DNA of 58,761 nt, filler included, from Platydemus manokwari (Eukaryota): NCBI GenBank assembly GCA_037951405.1. It is 5 parts of 5 records of this genome, joined end to end, with 100 filler letters (N's around TTAATTAATTAA, not from the genome) between each part and the next. Parts side by side here need not be neighbours in the genome. Positions count along the whole stretch, not along the records: positions 21,176 to 39,009 come from JBBMOY010755536.1; positions 39,110 to 50,000 come from JBBMOY011084409.1; 3 more parts are not named here. One strand, given 5' to 3'. Under the pieces are notes generated by a model. It made no database searches. It was not told where the DNA came from and saw only the letters and a program-made list of their open reading frames with translations. The translations under genes were made by a program, and so were the position numbers. Below, piece after piece: positions 25,469 through 39,149 of this stretch (positions within the stretch are counted from its first letter, which is position 1; each line of letters starts with the position of its first letter).

Positions 25469-28364
25469 TCAAATTACAAATGGCCGCAACGACATCTTAA
25501 TTCCCTCATCAAAAGTTCTACTTGGATGATACAAACCGATTTGTTTCAATTTGTCGCAGTTGAGTTCGGATTTATAAGGACGTTTGGTGGCTTCCATTCC
25601 GGTTGGTGGATCTTCAGCAACGATATGATCCGACGGTAAATTGAATATTTCAGCCATTCTTAAAGCCATATCCAATTTGGTCATCTCTTGTTCCGATTGG
25701 TAATGAAAAATTCCATGCAATTTAGTGTAATCCTAGACGACATAAAAATCAATATTTATAGTTTATATCAGGGGTGCGCCCCTATTTTTATTATTTTAGC
25801 TACTGACACCCCAAAAATGGGCCCCGTAATAGGTCATAACTTCCATATGAAATACTATTTTAATGAAATTAATATCTTCTTCATAACAAGACATAATTCA
25901 AATTATGCTTTTTTATTAATTAATAATTTTTCACAGAATAAAAATTGCAGTTCATTGACAAAAATAAAGCAACAATCAAATAAAATTTTATTTTAGAATT
26001 AAAAATTTTAGACGTCCCCAATCCAATGTTTCGAGCCCCTCTTAAGAGGCACGCCCCCTTGTTTGCACAGCTCTGGTTTATATCAGCCGAATTCTGCAAA
26101 TTATAACTTTTCATTAGCGCTTCAATAATTGTTTACAGCTTTAATATGGTAGAACAGAAATTATTTAAGAAATTTGGAAATTATAGAGGAGTGTTAAAAA
26201 TATTAATTTCTGAAAATCGCAAGATTATAAAAATTGTTTTTTATCCACATTAAAATTTATCAAGTTTTATTATTTCAATTGCTCGGAAGACATGCTTTGG
26301 TCTTTGGATGTGTGATTAAATTTATAGAAGAAATGTTTATCAACACATTGACGGACAGTAGGAACAAATGAAGTTCGAAATTTAACACGATATGTGCGTA
26401 TTTAAGCTGCAAGTCGTGCGATAGTTGGAAAACAAAAGTCCACCCGAAAGAATTGTTTTCCAAAACATGGCACTAGTCTTGTATTTGTACGCCGGTAAAT
26501 GCACATTTGTGCCGCTATAGCCACAATCAGATTAGCGATACTCAATAGCAAACAGGTAATGACTAGAGATATCGCGAGAGAATCGTTACAACAAGCGTCC
26601 AGCCAGAACCTTCTAAACTCTCTAAATTGGCTGAATTAGCATCCTGGGACACAGGAAAAGAAGCATTATTGGTGGGACAAAATTCGTGCCGCTATAGCGA
26701 CATTGTCCAAAAGAGACCGTTTCGTTTTAGACGGCCATTGACGTCATTCCACATAGTGGACTTCGCTTTGACGGTTATAGATGCAAGTGTCCGTCAACGT
26801 GTTAAATTCATTTAAGTATTTTTGTATTCAGTATTACCGAGTCGAGTATTGGAAAGACGTAACTTAAAGATTGCAAAGAGAGAGTTGATTGAGTGATTGG
26901 ATTTCAATGGTTGCCATTTCTCAAAAATATCAAATCAACGGCGACAGTTAAAATAATCGATTAGAATTCACACAAATATAAAATCAATGATTGTCATTAA
27001 CAACAAACAGCAGTCGTCTCAAGTAGTATTATTATTATTGATTCTAATAGGCGGTAGGAATCGATTTTTCTGGAGAAATCAAATCAGATTTATATTATTA
27101 TTATTATTAAAATAACCGGATTGAAAATAAATATTGCTTAATAAGAAAACAAAATGATATTCACACCTTTGACCAGTATACCACCATATTATGGATTGTT
27201 TGAGCTACGTCATCACAATGAGTTGGAAATCGCTTCTCATAATTGGACATCGGAGCTGTAGTAGACTTATCTTGAACCTATAATAATGTCCCCGATAATG
27301 ATGATTATTATAATGAATACACACAAATCAATAATTGAATTATCGAAGTTCGGAGTTAGAGAGAGAGTGTGTGTGTGTGTAGAAATGAGATTCTCGATCG
27401 GTTATATGGTGGGGTGGTTAAACTAGCAGAAATATTTCATCGAAAATAAAAATACTATTCATAAATAATCAGTAACAAATAACAATCACATTTAATAATT
27501 ACAAATCAGTGAATCTCAGGAGTATTTTATGGTTTAAACAAAGGAAAAACGGTTGTCATGGAATATTGGATATGAATAAATCAATACAATTATTATTGAA
27601 GCAATAAATGTAATAAACACACAACCAAGTATTTTCACCAAATCAACCAATCAGAATTAATCATACATTATTGATCTAACTTTTTTAAATAGAATTGTTA
27701 CTGCACATTCCTCAATATATTCGACATTTCCGTACAGAATCGGCAATCGCACCACAATATTATCTTTAAAAATTGTTGGTAAATTCGATTAGTTTACAAT
27801 TCTATTTTTCATTCCTACTTGGATTACTGGCAATGACTGCCTGTTCGGATTTCAGTTTCATCATACCATATTCATTAAGTGGATTAGGTTCATCTTCTTC
27901 AGTATATGGTGGATTTGTGCCATCAAATACATAATCAGAACTAATGAAAAGAATGTAGCAATTGTTTGCTATAATATCTAATTAATATGATTTGTTCACA
28001 ATATTATAAACCGGCTGCCCATTTTGAAATAGTTATTGTACTTCCAATATTTATTTTCTCTGCATGACTTGGATCTTTCGTCACAACGTCTGGACGTCGT
28101 TCAGCAGCGCAATGGATTATGATGTTAGGCTGTAGAAATAAATTGACTCATTTTAAGCCATATTATGAAAATTGTAACTTTAATTGAAGTCAATGTTGAA
28201 AATACTGCAATTTCATCAGTTAAATCACATTTAATTTTTTTTGGATCATTATTTCTACTAAATACAAGTCCGCTTGTAACAAAATTTTTATCTTGATAAA
28301 ATTTGTTATAAATAGATCTTCCCAAAATTCCTGAAGATCCAGTTACTACAATATTAAAAGCCAT
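25469..28364 (-). CDS. MAT2B: Methionine adenosyltransferase II beta subunit (RmlD-like extended SDR)
   Basis: Exons 28364-28179, 28129-28012, 27968-27819, 27763-27681, 27277-27167 and 25732-25469. Motifs are [59 protein letters not shown] and GIFHY...RP. Confidence 0.93.
25769..26075. mobile_element. hAT-type MITE (307 bp) in last MAT2B intron
   Basis: Termini CAGGGGTGCGC / GCACAGCTCTG form an imperfect inverted repeat (8/11). The element is flanked by a perfect 8-bp duplication GTTTATAT (25761-25768 and 26076-26083). Confidence 0.8.
26344..26801. mobile_element. piggyBac-type MITE (458 bp) in last MAT2B intron
   Basis: 14-bp TIR CACATTGACGGACA / TGTCCGTCAACGTG (13/14), flanked by TCAA and TTAA. 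Internal direct repeat GTGCCGCTATAG occurs at 26509 and 26686, and GC is higher than in the host intron. Confidence 0.82.
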
Positions 28365-29877
28365 ATTTTCTGAAAATTATTTAAAATTAAGAATAATTTA
28401 AAAATCACGGAAAGTTAAATTTTTAAAATTTTGCCAATTTATAAAATTATTATTTGATAAAAATTATTAACATTAATTTTTTTTAATTTAGAATTTATAA
28501 AATCATAAATGAATAAACAGAGTTCATTAAGTATTAAAATTAAAAGGTTAAAACTTAATTTTATATTATACTATAATTTAGATTAAAAGTGACAATAAAA
28601 TGAAAATATATTCTAACTAATCATAAAAAATAATAAAAGAAACATTTATAATTATATATATCTATATATAATCATAAATGTTTCTTTTATTATTTTTATA
28701 TATAGTTTACTTTGATATAGTGCAAGTTCGATGAAAACAAGATTCACAAATTTTAATGAAAACTAAAAAACCATTGATAAAAATTAATATTAAATCAGTA
28801 ATTATCAAAAGTTTGAATCAAATATTAACCTTAATAAAGAAATAGAACTAAAAATTTTCATATATCTATCAGAGACAAAAACTTCACAATTTACTTACTA
28901 AGCGAAATTACTATGTCGTTAGAAATTCCTTGTCCTGGTTTGTTTCGAATAAAGTCCAATTAAAACTGATGAATCAACAAAATAAAGCCAAATTTAGAAA
29001 AGCATATCCAAATCCTAAAGGCTTCTTCGGTTTTAAATTTTTCAAGTTTTTGTAATTTTAATTTTTTTTATTATTTATTTTATTATTTTATCTTTTATTG
29101 AGAATTGCGTAGGGAATCCACATGCCTTACAATTATATTTTATTGATATTATCATTTATTAACTTATTTTATTTATAAATTAAAAGGTTATAGTTATATA
29201 GAATGTTGATTTTGGAGTAAGATAACCAATTTTTGGATTTATTACGAAAAATATTTTACACTGTAGATTTATGAATCTAAAGGAGCTTTAAATTTTATTT
29301 TACTGGTTGGTCAGTAAGTGATGTCTGTGATGTCTATACACCTGACTCAAAGTTTTGTATGTATAATTATGTACAAATATAACGATTTCAAATATAGAAC
29401 AAAGGTAGAATAGATAATTCAATAATGCAATAAAATATAAATAGGATAACAATATATGAATGCAAAATGATCTCGATAATATACATAATTAAGAATAGTT
29501 TTATATGATTAATCTTTTGCAAATACCTAGTCAGGAATAATACGCAGTTTTATTTATCGATGCTATTGTTTGAAGTTTTATTTTGATAGAATTACTTGAT
29601 TTCATGATGATACCTTTTATGGCAGGTATGTTTATTTGCGGAATATGTTAAAGGCAGTTAAGTGTAATGTCTGAACCACAGTATTGATGGTCAATTTGAG
29701 ATTTATTTTATGAATTTAATTATACTTCAGTTGAACTGGGTTCAATCTAAAATTTGTGAGGTGTTTTTTAAATGTCAAGAATTAGCAATATATTGATTAT
29801 TTTTAAATATCTTATTAGCAATATGTTAAGAATTAAGAAATCAAATTTTACTTGGCGTTCTATTTTTATTTTATGAT

Positions 29878-30051
29878 ATAATTTTCTAAGTAGTAACGAT
29901 TGTTTGTGAGTAATAATGATTGTTTACAAACAATGTTGTAATTTGATAACAGATTTTTGTTTAAAGTCAAATATCGATAATTTTCTGAGTAATGTTTGTT
30001 TGTAAACAATGTTGAAATTTAATATAAGATTTTTGCTTGAAGTCAAATATC
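29878..30051 (+). repeat. Degenerate two-copy tandem duplication (~75-100 bp unit)
   Basis: ATAATTTTCT(A/G)AGTA...AAACAATGTTG...AGATTTTTG(T/C)TT(A/G)AAGTCAAATATC occurs twice. Confidence 0.7.
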
Positions 30052-33000
30052 ATGTGCTATTATTTAGCAAGATTCGTTCTTTTTTTTTATAATAGTTTGA
30101 TAATGAGGTAGAAAAATTAATTTGTCAATGTTTTGGTTAAGAGATAGTTGAATGAATATTAAGATTTCGTCTTAATTATTTATCGTAAAGGGTTGGTCAA
30201 CTATACATTCCTAATCAGCTTTGGCCCTCAGATCGACTTGTAATCAGGCTTGCAGATAGAATAGCAAAAAAGTCTCGATAGTAAACCATTCAGTGTTCAT
30301 ATTGTGTTCAATGACTCATTGGGTTGTGAGGATTATTTCAAAGATTAATTTATAAAACGCGAAATTATAAAAACTTTAAAGAATTTTAAAATAGTTAATA
30401 AGTTTAAAATTTGTTTCTATTAGATTCGAATTAATCAGATCGAGACAGACATTTAAATCTCTCTTGAATGTGTGGTTAAATTTGAATGTTAGAGGAAGAA
30501 ACGCTTTTTAAAATTATTTAGATATTCCTGGATTAAAAATATAAAATCTCATGGAACATTTAAATAAATATAACACAATTTGTGAATGAAAATCAAACAC
30601 ACGAATAACTTTGTTATCAATATGGATCATCTTTCTTGAAACAGTATGAACACCTTCTTTTTAATAAAAATCTATGTCCTTTTTTCAAATGATTTTCCAT
30701 ACTCACTTCAAAATTTAATGTATGATTTTTATTTGGTTATATTTTTTTTATTATATTTTACTTTACTCTATGGCTATCATTTATTTGAACTTTTAAGTAT
30801 ATTGTTACTTATGGTTATTTAATCGCAACATTACTTTGTAATTCCGAACAATGGTTCACATTGTGTGACATATAGACAGAGATATGAGCCGAAATATTTA
30901 TTCATCAAAAGTAAAAGTTTATTTTTTTCTGTTTGATTTGAATACTTTCAGGAATTTATCAAATATTTTCCCCAGGAAATCCAAAATTCATCAAAATATC
31001 TTCATAAATGTAAAGAACTGATGACATAAAATATTATATTTTCTCATGCTACTAATATTTAATATTAAATTTAGAAAATTATTTCATAAGATGCGTTCAA
31101 TTGAGGATAAAATGTTAAATATTTAGATTTTTAAAATTTTGATAAAAAGTATTTAGTTGAATGATAATAAATAAAATCTCTTAATTTAAATCATATAAAT
31201 ATAATAAAAAGCAAAGCAATACAACAAATTGAAGTAAAATAAAACGCTAAGGAATAATAATTATGTTAAATTTAAAACTAAAACTTGAAGTACATTGATG
31301 TAAAGTGAATTTCAAATTGCGTGTCAATACGATCTATTTTGCATGATATTATTTTTCTTCAATGTGTGTGTAAATATCACGGAAACGATGTTATAACCCA
31401 CATCCTAATCCGATGCTGCCATGTAGTTATGCAACTATCGAAAAGTTATTCAATTGCAGAATAATAGAGTTAAAATTTTTAAATATTCAACAGAAAAATC
31501 ATCTTAAACAAGCATCATAGATAAAAGTATGGAATAAATTGACTTTTGAAATATCGTATGGTTTGTACAGTTTTCGAGAAATTACTTAACGGAATGCTAT
31601 ATTGTTCTTCATTATGAATGATAAATTCATTCTATAATTGCACAAATATCAACCAATGGCTTTCTAAATTCACCAGACAACGAAAGTAGTAGTAGAAATT
31701 ATTTCCTATCTCTTTATAAAAAACAAATAGCAGCAGCCCGTAAACAAGGGATTTTGTAAGAGATTTACAAAATGAAATTTTTTAGAGTTAGAGTATATTT
31801 TTAACCTTTACATGTATTCATGATACAAATTTGTTATTAAGTTAGTAATTATAGATGAATTATTATTTTCATTATACCATTCATAATAATTCTAATTATA
31901 AATCAAATAGAAAGAAGAAAATGATGAATTAGACCTGACAAATCAACATATAATTCAATAAACTTAAACCGGATAATTTTAAAATTATAAAATTAATGAT
32001 GTGATTTAGCAAAATTTTATGATCCAATGATATTCAAAAGTTAGAATAACTAGTATTGATACAGTAAATGAAAAATATCAATTCTTATGAAATTATCAAG
32101 GTTAGGCTGTGGTGTTAATCATAATAAATTAAACTCTGTTATTCAAACATAAAGTGTTTAACCGCTTTGTTCTCAGTGATAATGAAATGAGTAGAGGTAT
32201 TCTATATAAACACTAAAATCTTAAACTTCCTTACCATAATTAAACGAATATGATCATCCTTAGTCATTACATTTTAAAATTATTGTTGGAGCACTGATTG
32301 ATTTAAAATCGTCGCTGCTTTAGTAAACTTCATTATAACTTTTCTACTGTGTGATAGAACATTATGATAGATTTCCGTAAACTGAAACTCAACAGCGTGA
32401 TCTCTCGTCTAACTTCTTTGTCTAATTTATGTTAGCACAAAAATGATTCGATAATAAAGAACAATAAGTTTGATGATGTAAATCAAAATTCATTATAGAT
32501 GTTCATGGGTGACGATGGTTGTAATCTCAAAGGTATTTCTTAATTTTAATTTTAGAATCACAAACAAATACGGTCACTTACTTTTATTAAATCGATGCAG
32601 ATATGAGAATTCAAGTTTAGTTCAAACGAGATTATTTTTGTAAAGAAATGCATTATCAGAGTTGCATAGTTCGCAAGTGCATTTAAAAATGAAACTATTA
32701 AAAATATAGAATATGATATATGTAATGCTATTTACCCGATAGGGCTGGTTATAATTTATTATGTTTCAAAGTTTTCCTTTATTAAAAAAAATTTTCACTT
32801 GGTTATTTGTTTTTAAGATTTTTTATTAATTCGGCATTCTGTTAAATACTCGTTTTTCAAAGTTCAATGTAGTTCAGTTTTTCAAAATCGTCTATCTGGT
32901 ATTTCAAGTCTCCGTATTAATGACGAATTCCTCTAGTATTTATACTATGATTTTCCATGTTAAGTTTGATTGGCTTTATTTTGTTCACTTGTGTCTCTTA

Positions 33001-36000
33001 TCAGTTTTATATAAATTTATTTATTCGGAATCAATTTCAAATATATTATTATTATTATTATTATTATTATTATCATTATTATTAGTCATTTCTTTAACTT
33101 TTTCTATTTTTAATATTTTTTCTTTATTTATAAATAATAATATTATATAATTTATTATACTGATATTATAAATATTTGTGTCAGATCAATAATTATTTAT
33201 AAAGATATTATTAAATGTTTATATGTCCAATATTATTTATTAATTTCTTGTCCTTTTCTAGAAACAAAAATAATCATAAAAATATTACAATGTTAAAAAT
33301 TCATAAAATATTATTACACCTGGGCATCAGAGATACAACTTTTCATAGTCAAGATCAAAATCGAAATATTAAATGATGAATTGTTCAATAATCAAATTGT
33401 TAAATCAAAACCCATGAGAACAAATCAGCTCGTTGAAAATAAAACTATAAAAATAAAGAATCGCTGTTGAATAAAACAAATCATTTATACCTTTAATAAA
33501 TAAAAAAAAAAAGGGAAATAAAAATAAAATATCGCGAATAAGATTAATCATTTTTATTTAATAGATAAAAAATAAAAAGATAAAAAATAAAAGGATAAAA
33601 AATTAAATAATTCTAAAGAAATTAGCTTTAAAATTTATTATAAATACTGGAAATTAAACAGAGGATTTATCTTACACAACAACTTAAAAAACATCGAACA
33701 ACTTCATGAACTTCGTTTTTTCAGAAAACAGAGCATTTTATTGAAGAAGAATAAACCGAGTTTTGAAAAAAATATAACAAAGATTTTGTTAAAACGAATA
33801 TACAACTAATATCCATGCACATCTAGCTATTACATTACTATTTAACCGTCATTCAACGGATACCTGAACATTATCGATTTTACTCTAAATTTTTACAATT
33901 GATTCAAACAGCAAATTTTGATGTATGCTGTGAGTCTAGCGAAATTGTGTTGAGGTAGAGATTTGTTGGGTTATCAATCAACAATTTAGATATGAAAATT
34001 GTATAAACTAAAATATTACATGCATAGCCTCAACAACAACAGCAAATCTTTTCACAATTCACAAAGTAAATCTATCAAGACAGGATCAGCACCTGAAATT
34101 TAAAAAACAGAATGAAGAGTAATCAAAAATGCTGATTACTAAAATAATACATAAGCTAAGCACTGAAATTACCGACCAAAAAAATGGCAGAAATCCATGG
34201 AACTCAACCTCTTCTATACACCTATCGGGTGTGTCTGCTTAATGCCACGGATCTTGGTTTCCATTCGCTGAATTTGTTCGTGGATCGATTTACTTGAGAT
34301 TTTCCTATTTGAGCTTGCTACCATGTGTAAGTATGTGCCTGTCGATTTTTAGCCTCTAAATATGAATTGGTTAACTGATTGGTTAACGGCACGTGTGTTT
34401 ATAGAGTTTGTATATATTGACTCTTTTTGGGGTTCTTTCTTGGTTCTTGTGACGCTTTTCTTGATTTGGGATATACCCAACAGACTCATTCAATCTATCT
34501 GAATGCTTATCGAGATAGAAACTCATTAAACTCATCTGAATTACTATAAATAAACCAAAAGGAAGAATGTCGTGACTATGGTTAATCAAAGCAGTCAATC
34601 CAATCAATAATCCAATCAATCATTAATCAACGGAACTATCAACCTAACAAATCCTTTTGAAACAATTATGAATTTTGCTAATTTACTGATCAATATAATA
34701 ACTAAAATCGATTATGATTTTGACTAACTTTTCAATCAATATAATTTTACATTTTTGATTTCAAAAATAATTAAATTTCATTTTATCATGTTACCTTTTT
34801 GTTGATTTTTTTTATCTAAAGAAAAGAAGGAATTAATGTAGTGGAAATAGATGAGAACAAAATAAAAATAAATAGATATAAAAATAGTCAATTAGCAAAG
34901 ATAAATAATAAGAATTATAACGTCAAACAACGAGTAAGTAATGTGAATAATTCTGCATAATATAGATCAACCTATAGCACAGCCTCTCATTCGAATCTAG
35001 TATAAATAGTTGATCTAGATATCAACTAACTCACACAAAAATTCACATTTGAAAAACACCCAAGTCCAGGACAAGAAAGCCTACGAGATTTCAATAAACA
35101 TAAACTGTTCAACTCACAGATTTAGTTGAATTGACAGCTAGTGGAGTTCGAAACAATTTCAATCAGTCGCTGGTTATGGAATTTAGCTAACTGCGCGGAG
35201 TTAAATTTTTCGATTTTAAATAATATTCATATGTATATTTTCATTAATTAATTGGAATTAAAATATAGCTTAAACTGCCATTACATTTCCTTCATCTTCT
35301 CCGTCCGCTTCGGATTTCCAGTAATCAACTTTTGTGGTGCACTGCCTATTGTCTTCTAGAAATTGTTGCTTGTGTTCATTTTAAAATATTGTACTATCGT
35401 TTCTGAATAAAGTTACTATTAACATTGAAATAAATGTTTTCTCACAGTTCACTTTATATTCAGTCCTTATATGATTATTAATTTTAACTTAAATAGGAAT
35501 TATACTTTGGTTTTATTTAGTAACCATTTTGTCAGAATTATAGTCAGTTAAATTATATTCAACTAAAATAGAAATTAGACTTTTACACGCTCAGTATTCC
35601 GATAGTATAGTCCCCATACTCGTTATTGAAGCACCTTGAGAGATCCAGAAGTAAAAATCAAACTAAATCCATAAAAAAAATAATTTTTAAAAAAGTACTA
35701 TAATCAATGTGTTTGTTATTGATTTCCAGCAAATAGACGTGTTAGTTTAAAAAACAAGTCTGAAATGCTGAAAATTATAATTTAATCCACAAAGAATCAC
35801 AGACTTAACTCAGCAGCAATTACAACCTAAAATCGCACTACAACAACAATAGTTAATCTCTCAAGACGGGATCAACATCCGAAAGTTGAATACCTTATAT
35901 AAGACAACCAAAATGACTGGCTGTCAGAAAATCACACAAAAGTCGCAGAACAGAGTTAAGGTTATCGATCAAAATAACTGGCAATAGCTCGTGAAATTCA

Positions 36001-37582
36001 ACTCATTTTTCATTTTTATGAAAAATTTTGTATCGTTTGTGCTTCTAAACGATGTTAAATAATAATAATAATTACTTGATTAAATGAGACACAATAGAGA
36101 TTAATAAAAATGCCTTCTCATATTTGATCAATAAACTTTTCATTTATAGATTTAATTAGAATCAAATTTTAATATTTTGGATTTCAAATGAAATAATTTA
36201 ATTTTCAGTGTTAGATAAGTCATTATTTTTAATGTAAAGAACAAATCTTATTTTTTTGATCGGTCTATTAAAAAATGTACCAATAAATCCCAGAATTTTT
36301 GCCACTGCAATTAATGAGAGACATTAAAAAACTTTATAATTTATCTGATAATATTATATACTAAAATTGCAATCATACTTTTATAACATATGATATAAAA
36401 AGATCGATTTTTATAGATACTTTATTTTGGGATTAACAGATTTTAAAATTTTCATTGGTTGAATCTGAAGAGATTCATTCGTATATAAAAGCAATAAATC
36501 ACTTTTCAGATGACCAAAAAGTTGAAATAATTCAATAAAATAAATTTATATTTGAATTATGCGGCAACTTATTCAAAAAAGTTTAGCAATTAAAATACTC
36601 ATTCAAATTTTGAAAGCGCGGACGAATTGATATAAATTTTCGATTAACATCTTATTATTTAAGTATGAGTAACTAAAAAAAATTAAAAATTTTCTATATT
36701 TACAGATAATTTACTCAATCCCAAAACTTTATAATAAATTCACACCAAAACAAAATCCAATTATTTTCTTCATTTGTTATTCCCCATTTTCGATGCAAAA
36801 CAATAAAAATCAAATATTTACGAAATCGATTCAATAAAGTAGCAAATATTTATAATTTTTTAAAATAATTATTTCTATATTTAAATTTCTCACCATTAAA
36901 ATATCAAATAGTTATAAAAAGGAATTTAATACATTAAACCAATTAGAGAACATGCAAATAGAATAGCGAATAGTGAAATCCATTAAAGTTAATTCGTTAT
37001 CAAATTCTCAATTATGCAATTAATTCCAAAATTTGTCAATAATTCCCGAAATCACAATTTCCAGACAATATATATATGTACAAAAATGATCAATTAAACT
37101 GAAAAAGTAACTTTGGTAATAATAGTAATATATCATAAATTAAAGACAATAGCGAACATATTTTTAAACAGAGACATAATATACAAGATAAACTCGTCTC
37201 GACATTATCATAATCATCATAAATGCAATATATTTATATATATAAATCCAAAGAAAATGTATTGATTCATCATCATCATCATCTTTATGAAAAATCGTTT
37301 CCTCACATGAATTCAAAAATAGAACAAATAATGGCATTATTATAGACATGGGTTTTTATTTATTTATAATAAAGTCAAACTTCAAGTCACCATCATAGCT
37401 TGTGCTTTATATTGCTAAAAATGAGAAAATAAACGTGGTGCCATTATAGATAATAATTTTTACTACTCTAAATTCAGTTAGTTAATAGTTAAGGTGGCAT
37501 ATATTATTATTATTATTATTTCAGTATTGGAAATAAAAATTGGTGATGATAAGCATTTTTTGTTTTTGTTTTTTGTAATATT

Positions 37583-38803
37583 CTAATGAACACAATAAGG
37601 ACAATAGTAACTCTCGTCATCTTCAACTGCTTCGTCGAGTCCGACACAGGATTGGTGAAACCATTGAGTGCATTTATCACACATGATCCAATCGATTAAA
37701 TTCTCTCCATCAGGCCTCAAGCACGGATGAGCGCTGCATTCTTCATAATCATAATTTGAATTCAGATTGACATTTCGTTTAGTCGATTTGCTGTTACCAT
37801 TGTTATCCGAGTATTTGGGTTTAGAGTGGGATTTTTGATTTAAATGCAATTTGCGTTCTTTAGCTCCCGATGAAAACATTCGACGATCTTCATCTGTTTT
37901 CATCGGTCGTTTACTTTCGTGAGACTTTTTGAAACTCATTTTTGAATTACTATTATTTTCGTTGCCCATTTTACGCTTCCGAGCTGATAAATCATTGAAG
38001 CGTGAATCCGATATTGTGGAATGTTTTTTGGGCTTATCTGTTGGCTTTTTAGAAAATTGTCGATCTTTACCAGATTTCAATCGATCATCATCAGAACTCG
38101 ACAACGATGAGAGATCAGCGGTTTTCTTTTGTTTTTTATAACTATTACTTAGATTGTTATTGCTACCTTCAGAAGAATCTGAAGATTGATCTGATTCGTC
38201 TGATTCTTGTTTTACTAGTTTCAACTTTTTAGTTTTATCATTCATTGGTTTATGTTTAGGTTTTTTTTGCTTTTGTTCAGTAGACGCCTCATCGTACTGA
38301 CTAGATTCTGATTGCGAGTACGTATCACCTTTTCTAATGGATCCACTTGACTTATCATTCACACCAACTTTATCAATGATTTCGACACGATATTTTAAAT
38401 CTGTTGCAAATGGCGTTACCGATTCGCCTGGTTTAATATTAGCACCATTTATGTGACCGAAGCAAACAACATCCTCATGCTTCAAAATAGTCCCACCAAT
38501 TACACGAACAAAATTTACATATGTACCATTTAAACTATGATCATAAAGCATATAATTTCCTTTACTTAGTCTTTCAATGGTTACATGATTTCTTGAGATC
38601 ATTCTATTACTTACAGCACTTTCCAGCGCGTAATCAGGAGGCATTTTAGAATTTTTTCTTCCAATACGGGTTTCTTTTTTGTCTTGTCTAACGACCATTT
38701 TCTTTGGATGGCACCGATCATAGGATAATGCTTGTGGATTTTGAAGTCTTTGTGTTTTAGATTCATCTAAATCTCCAATCCAGATAAACTGAAGGATACT
38801 CAT
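37583..38803 (-). CDS. TCF19: FHA + PHD-finger protein, TCF19-like (406 aa, single coding exon)
   Basis: N-terminal FHA (RIGR...MISRNH...HSLNGTYVN...FGH), a long K/S-rich linker, and a C-terminal PHD (CSAHPCLRP...WIMCDKCTQWFHQSCVG...YYCPYC). This is the TCF19 architecture. Confidence 0.85.
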   Translation of the reverse strand: MSILQFIWIGDLDESKTQRLQNPQALSYDRCHPKKMVVRQDKKETRIGRKNSKMPPDYALESAVSNRMISRNHVTIERLSKGNYMLYDHSLNGTYVNFVRVIGGTILKHEDVVCFGHINGANIKPGESVTPFATDLKYRVEIIDKVGVNDKSSGSIRKGDTYSQSESSQYDEASTEQKQKKPKHKPMNDKTKKLKLVKQESDESDQSSDSSEGSNNNLSNSYKKQKKTADLSSLSSSDDDRLKSGKDRQFSKKPTDKPKKHSTISDSRFNDLSARKRKMGNENNSNSKMSFKKSHESKRPMKTDEDRRMFSSGAKERKLHLNQKSHSKPKYSDNNGNSKSTKRNVNLNSNYDYEECSAHPCLRPDGENLIDWIMCDKCTQWFHQSCVGLDEAVEDDESYYCPYCVH

Positions 38804-39009
38804 CTAAAATTGAAAAATGATTCATTTTAATAATTCAGAAAACCATAGTTAAATACTTTATTAAAAAAAGTCACAAAAATAATTTAAAATATTTAATCCA
38901 TTATTATATTTTATAAAATTTACCAAATTTGAAATAACTTAAACAATACAAATTTTAATTCTAGTTTTTACAAAAAAAAATTAGATTATAGATTCAAAAA
39001 TCACATTAT

Positions 39010-39109
39010 NNNNNNNNNNNNNNNNNNNNNNNNNNNNNNNNNNNNNNNNNNNNTTAATTAATTAANNNNNNNNNNNNNNNNNNNNNNNNNNNNNNNNNNN
39101 NNNNNNNNN
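39010..39109. other. Artificial contig linker
   Basis: N44-TTAATTAATTAA-N44. Confidence 0.97.
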
Positions 39110-39149
39110 ATATTATTTGTATTAATTTAAATACAATTTATGTATTACT

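Noticed and set aside
25688-26815. ORFs at 25688, 25920, 26275 and 26627
   Set aside because: They fall in the MAT2B intron, largely within the MITEs, and have no protein motifs.
32920-33150. Hydrophobic 76-aa ORF resembling a membrane peptide
   Set aside because: The poly-Leu arises from an (ATT/TTA)n microsatellite; the same applies to 20208-20429.
37929-38141. 70-aa plus-strand ORF
   Set aside because: Antisense shadow of the TCF19-like CDS.
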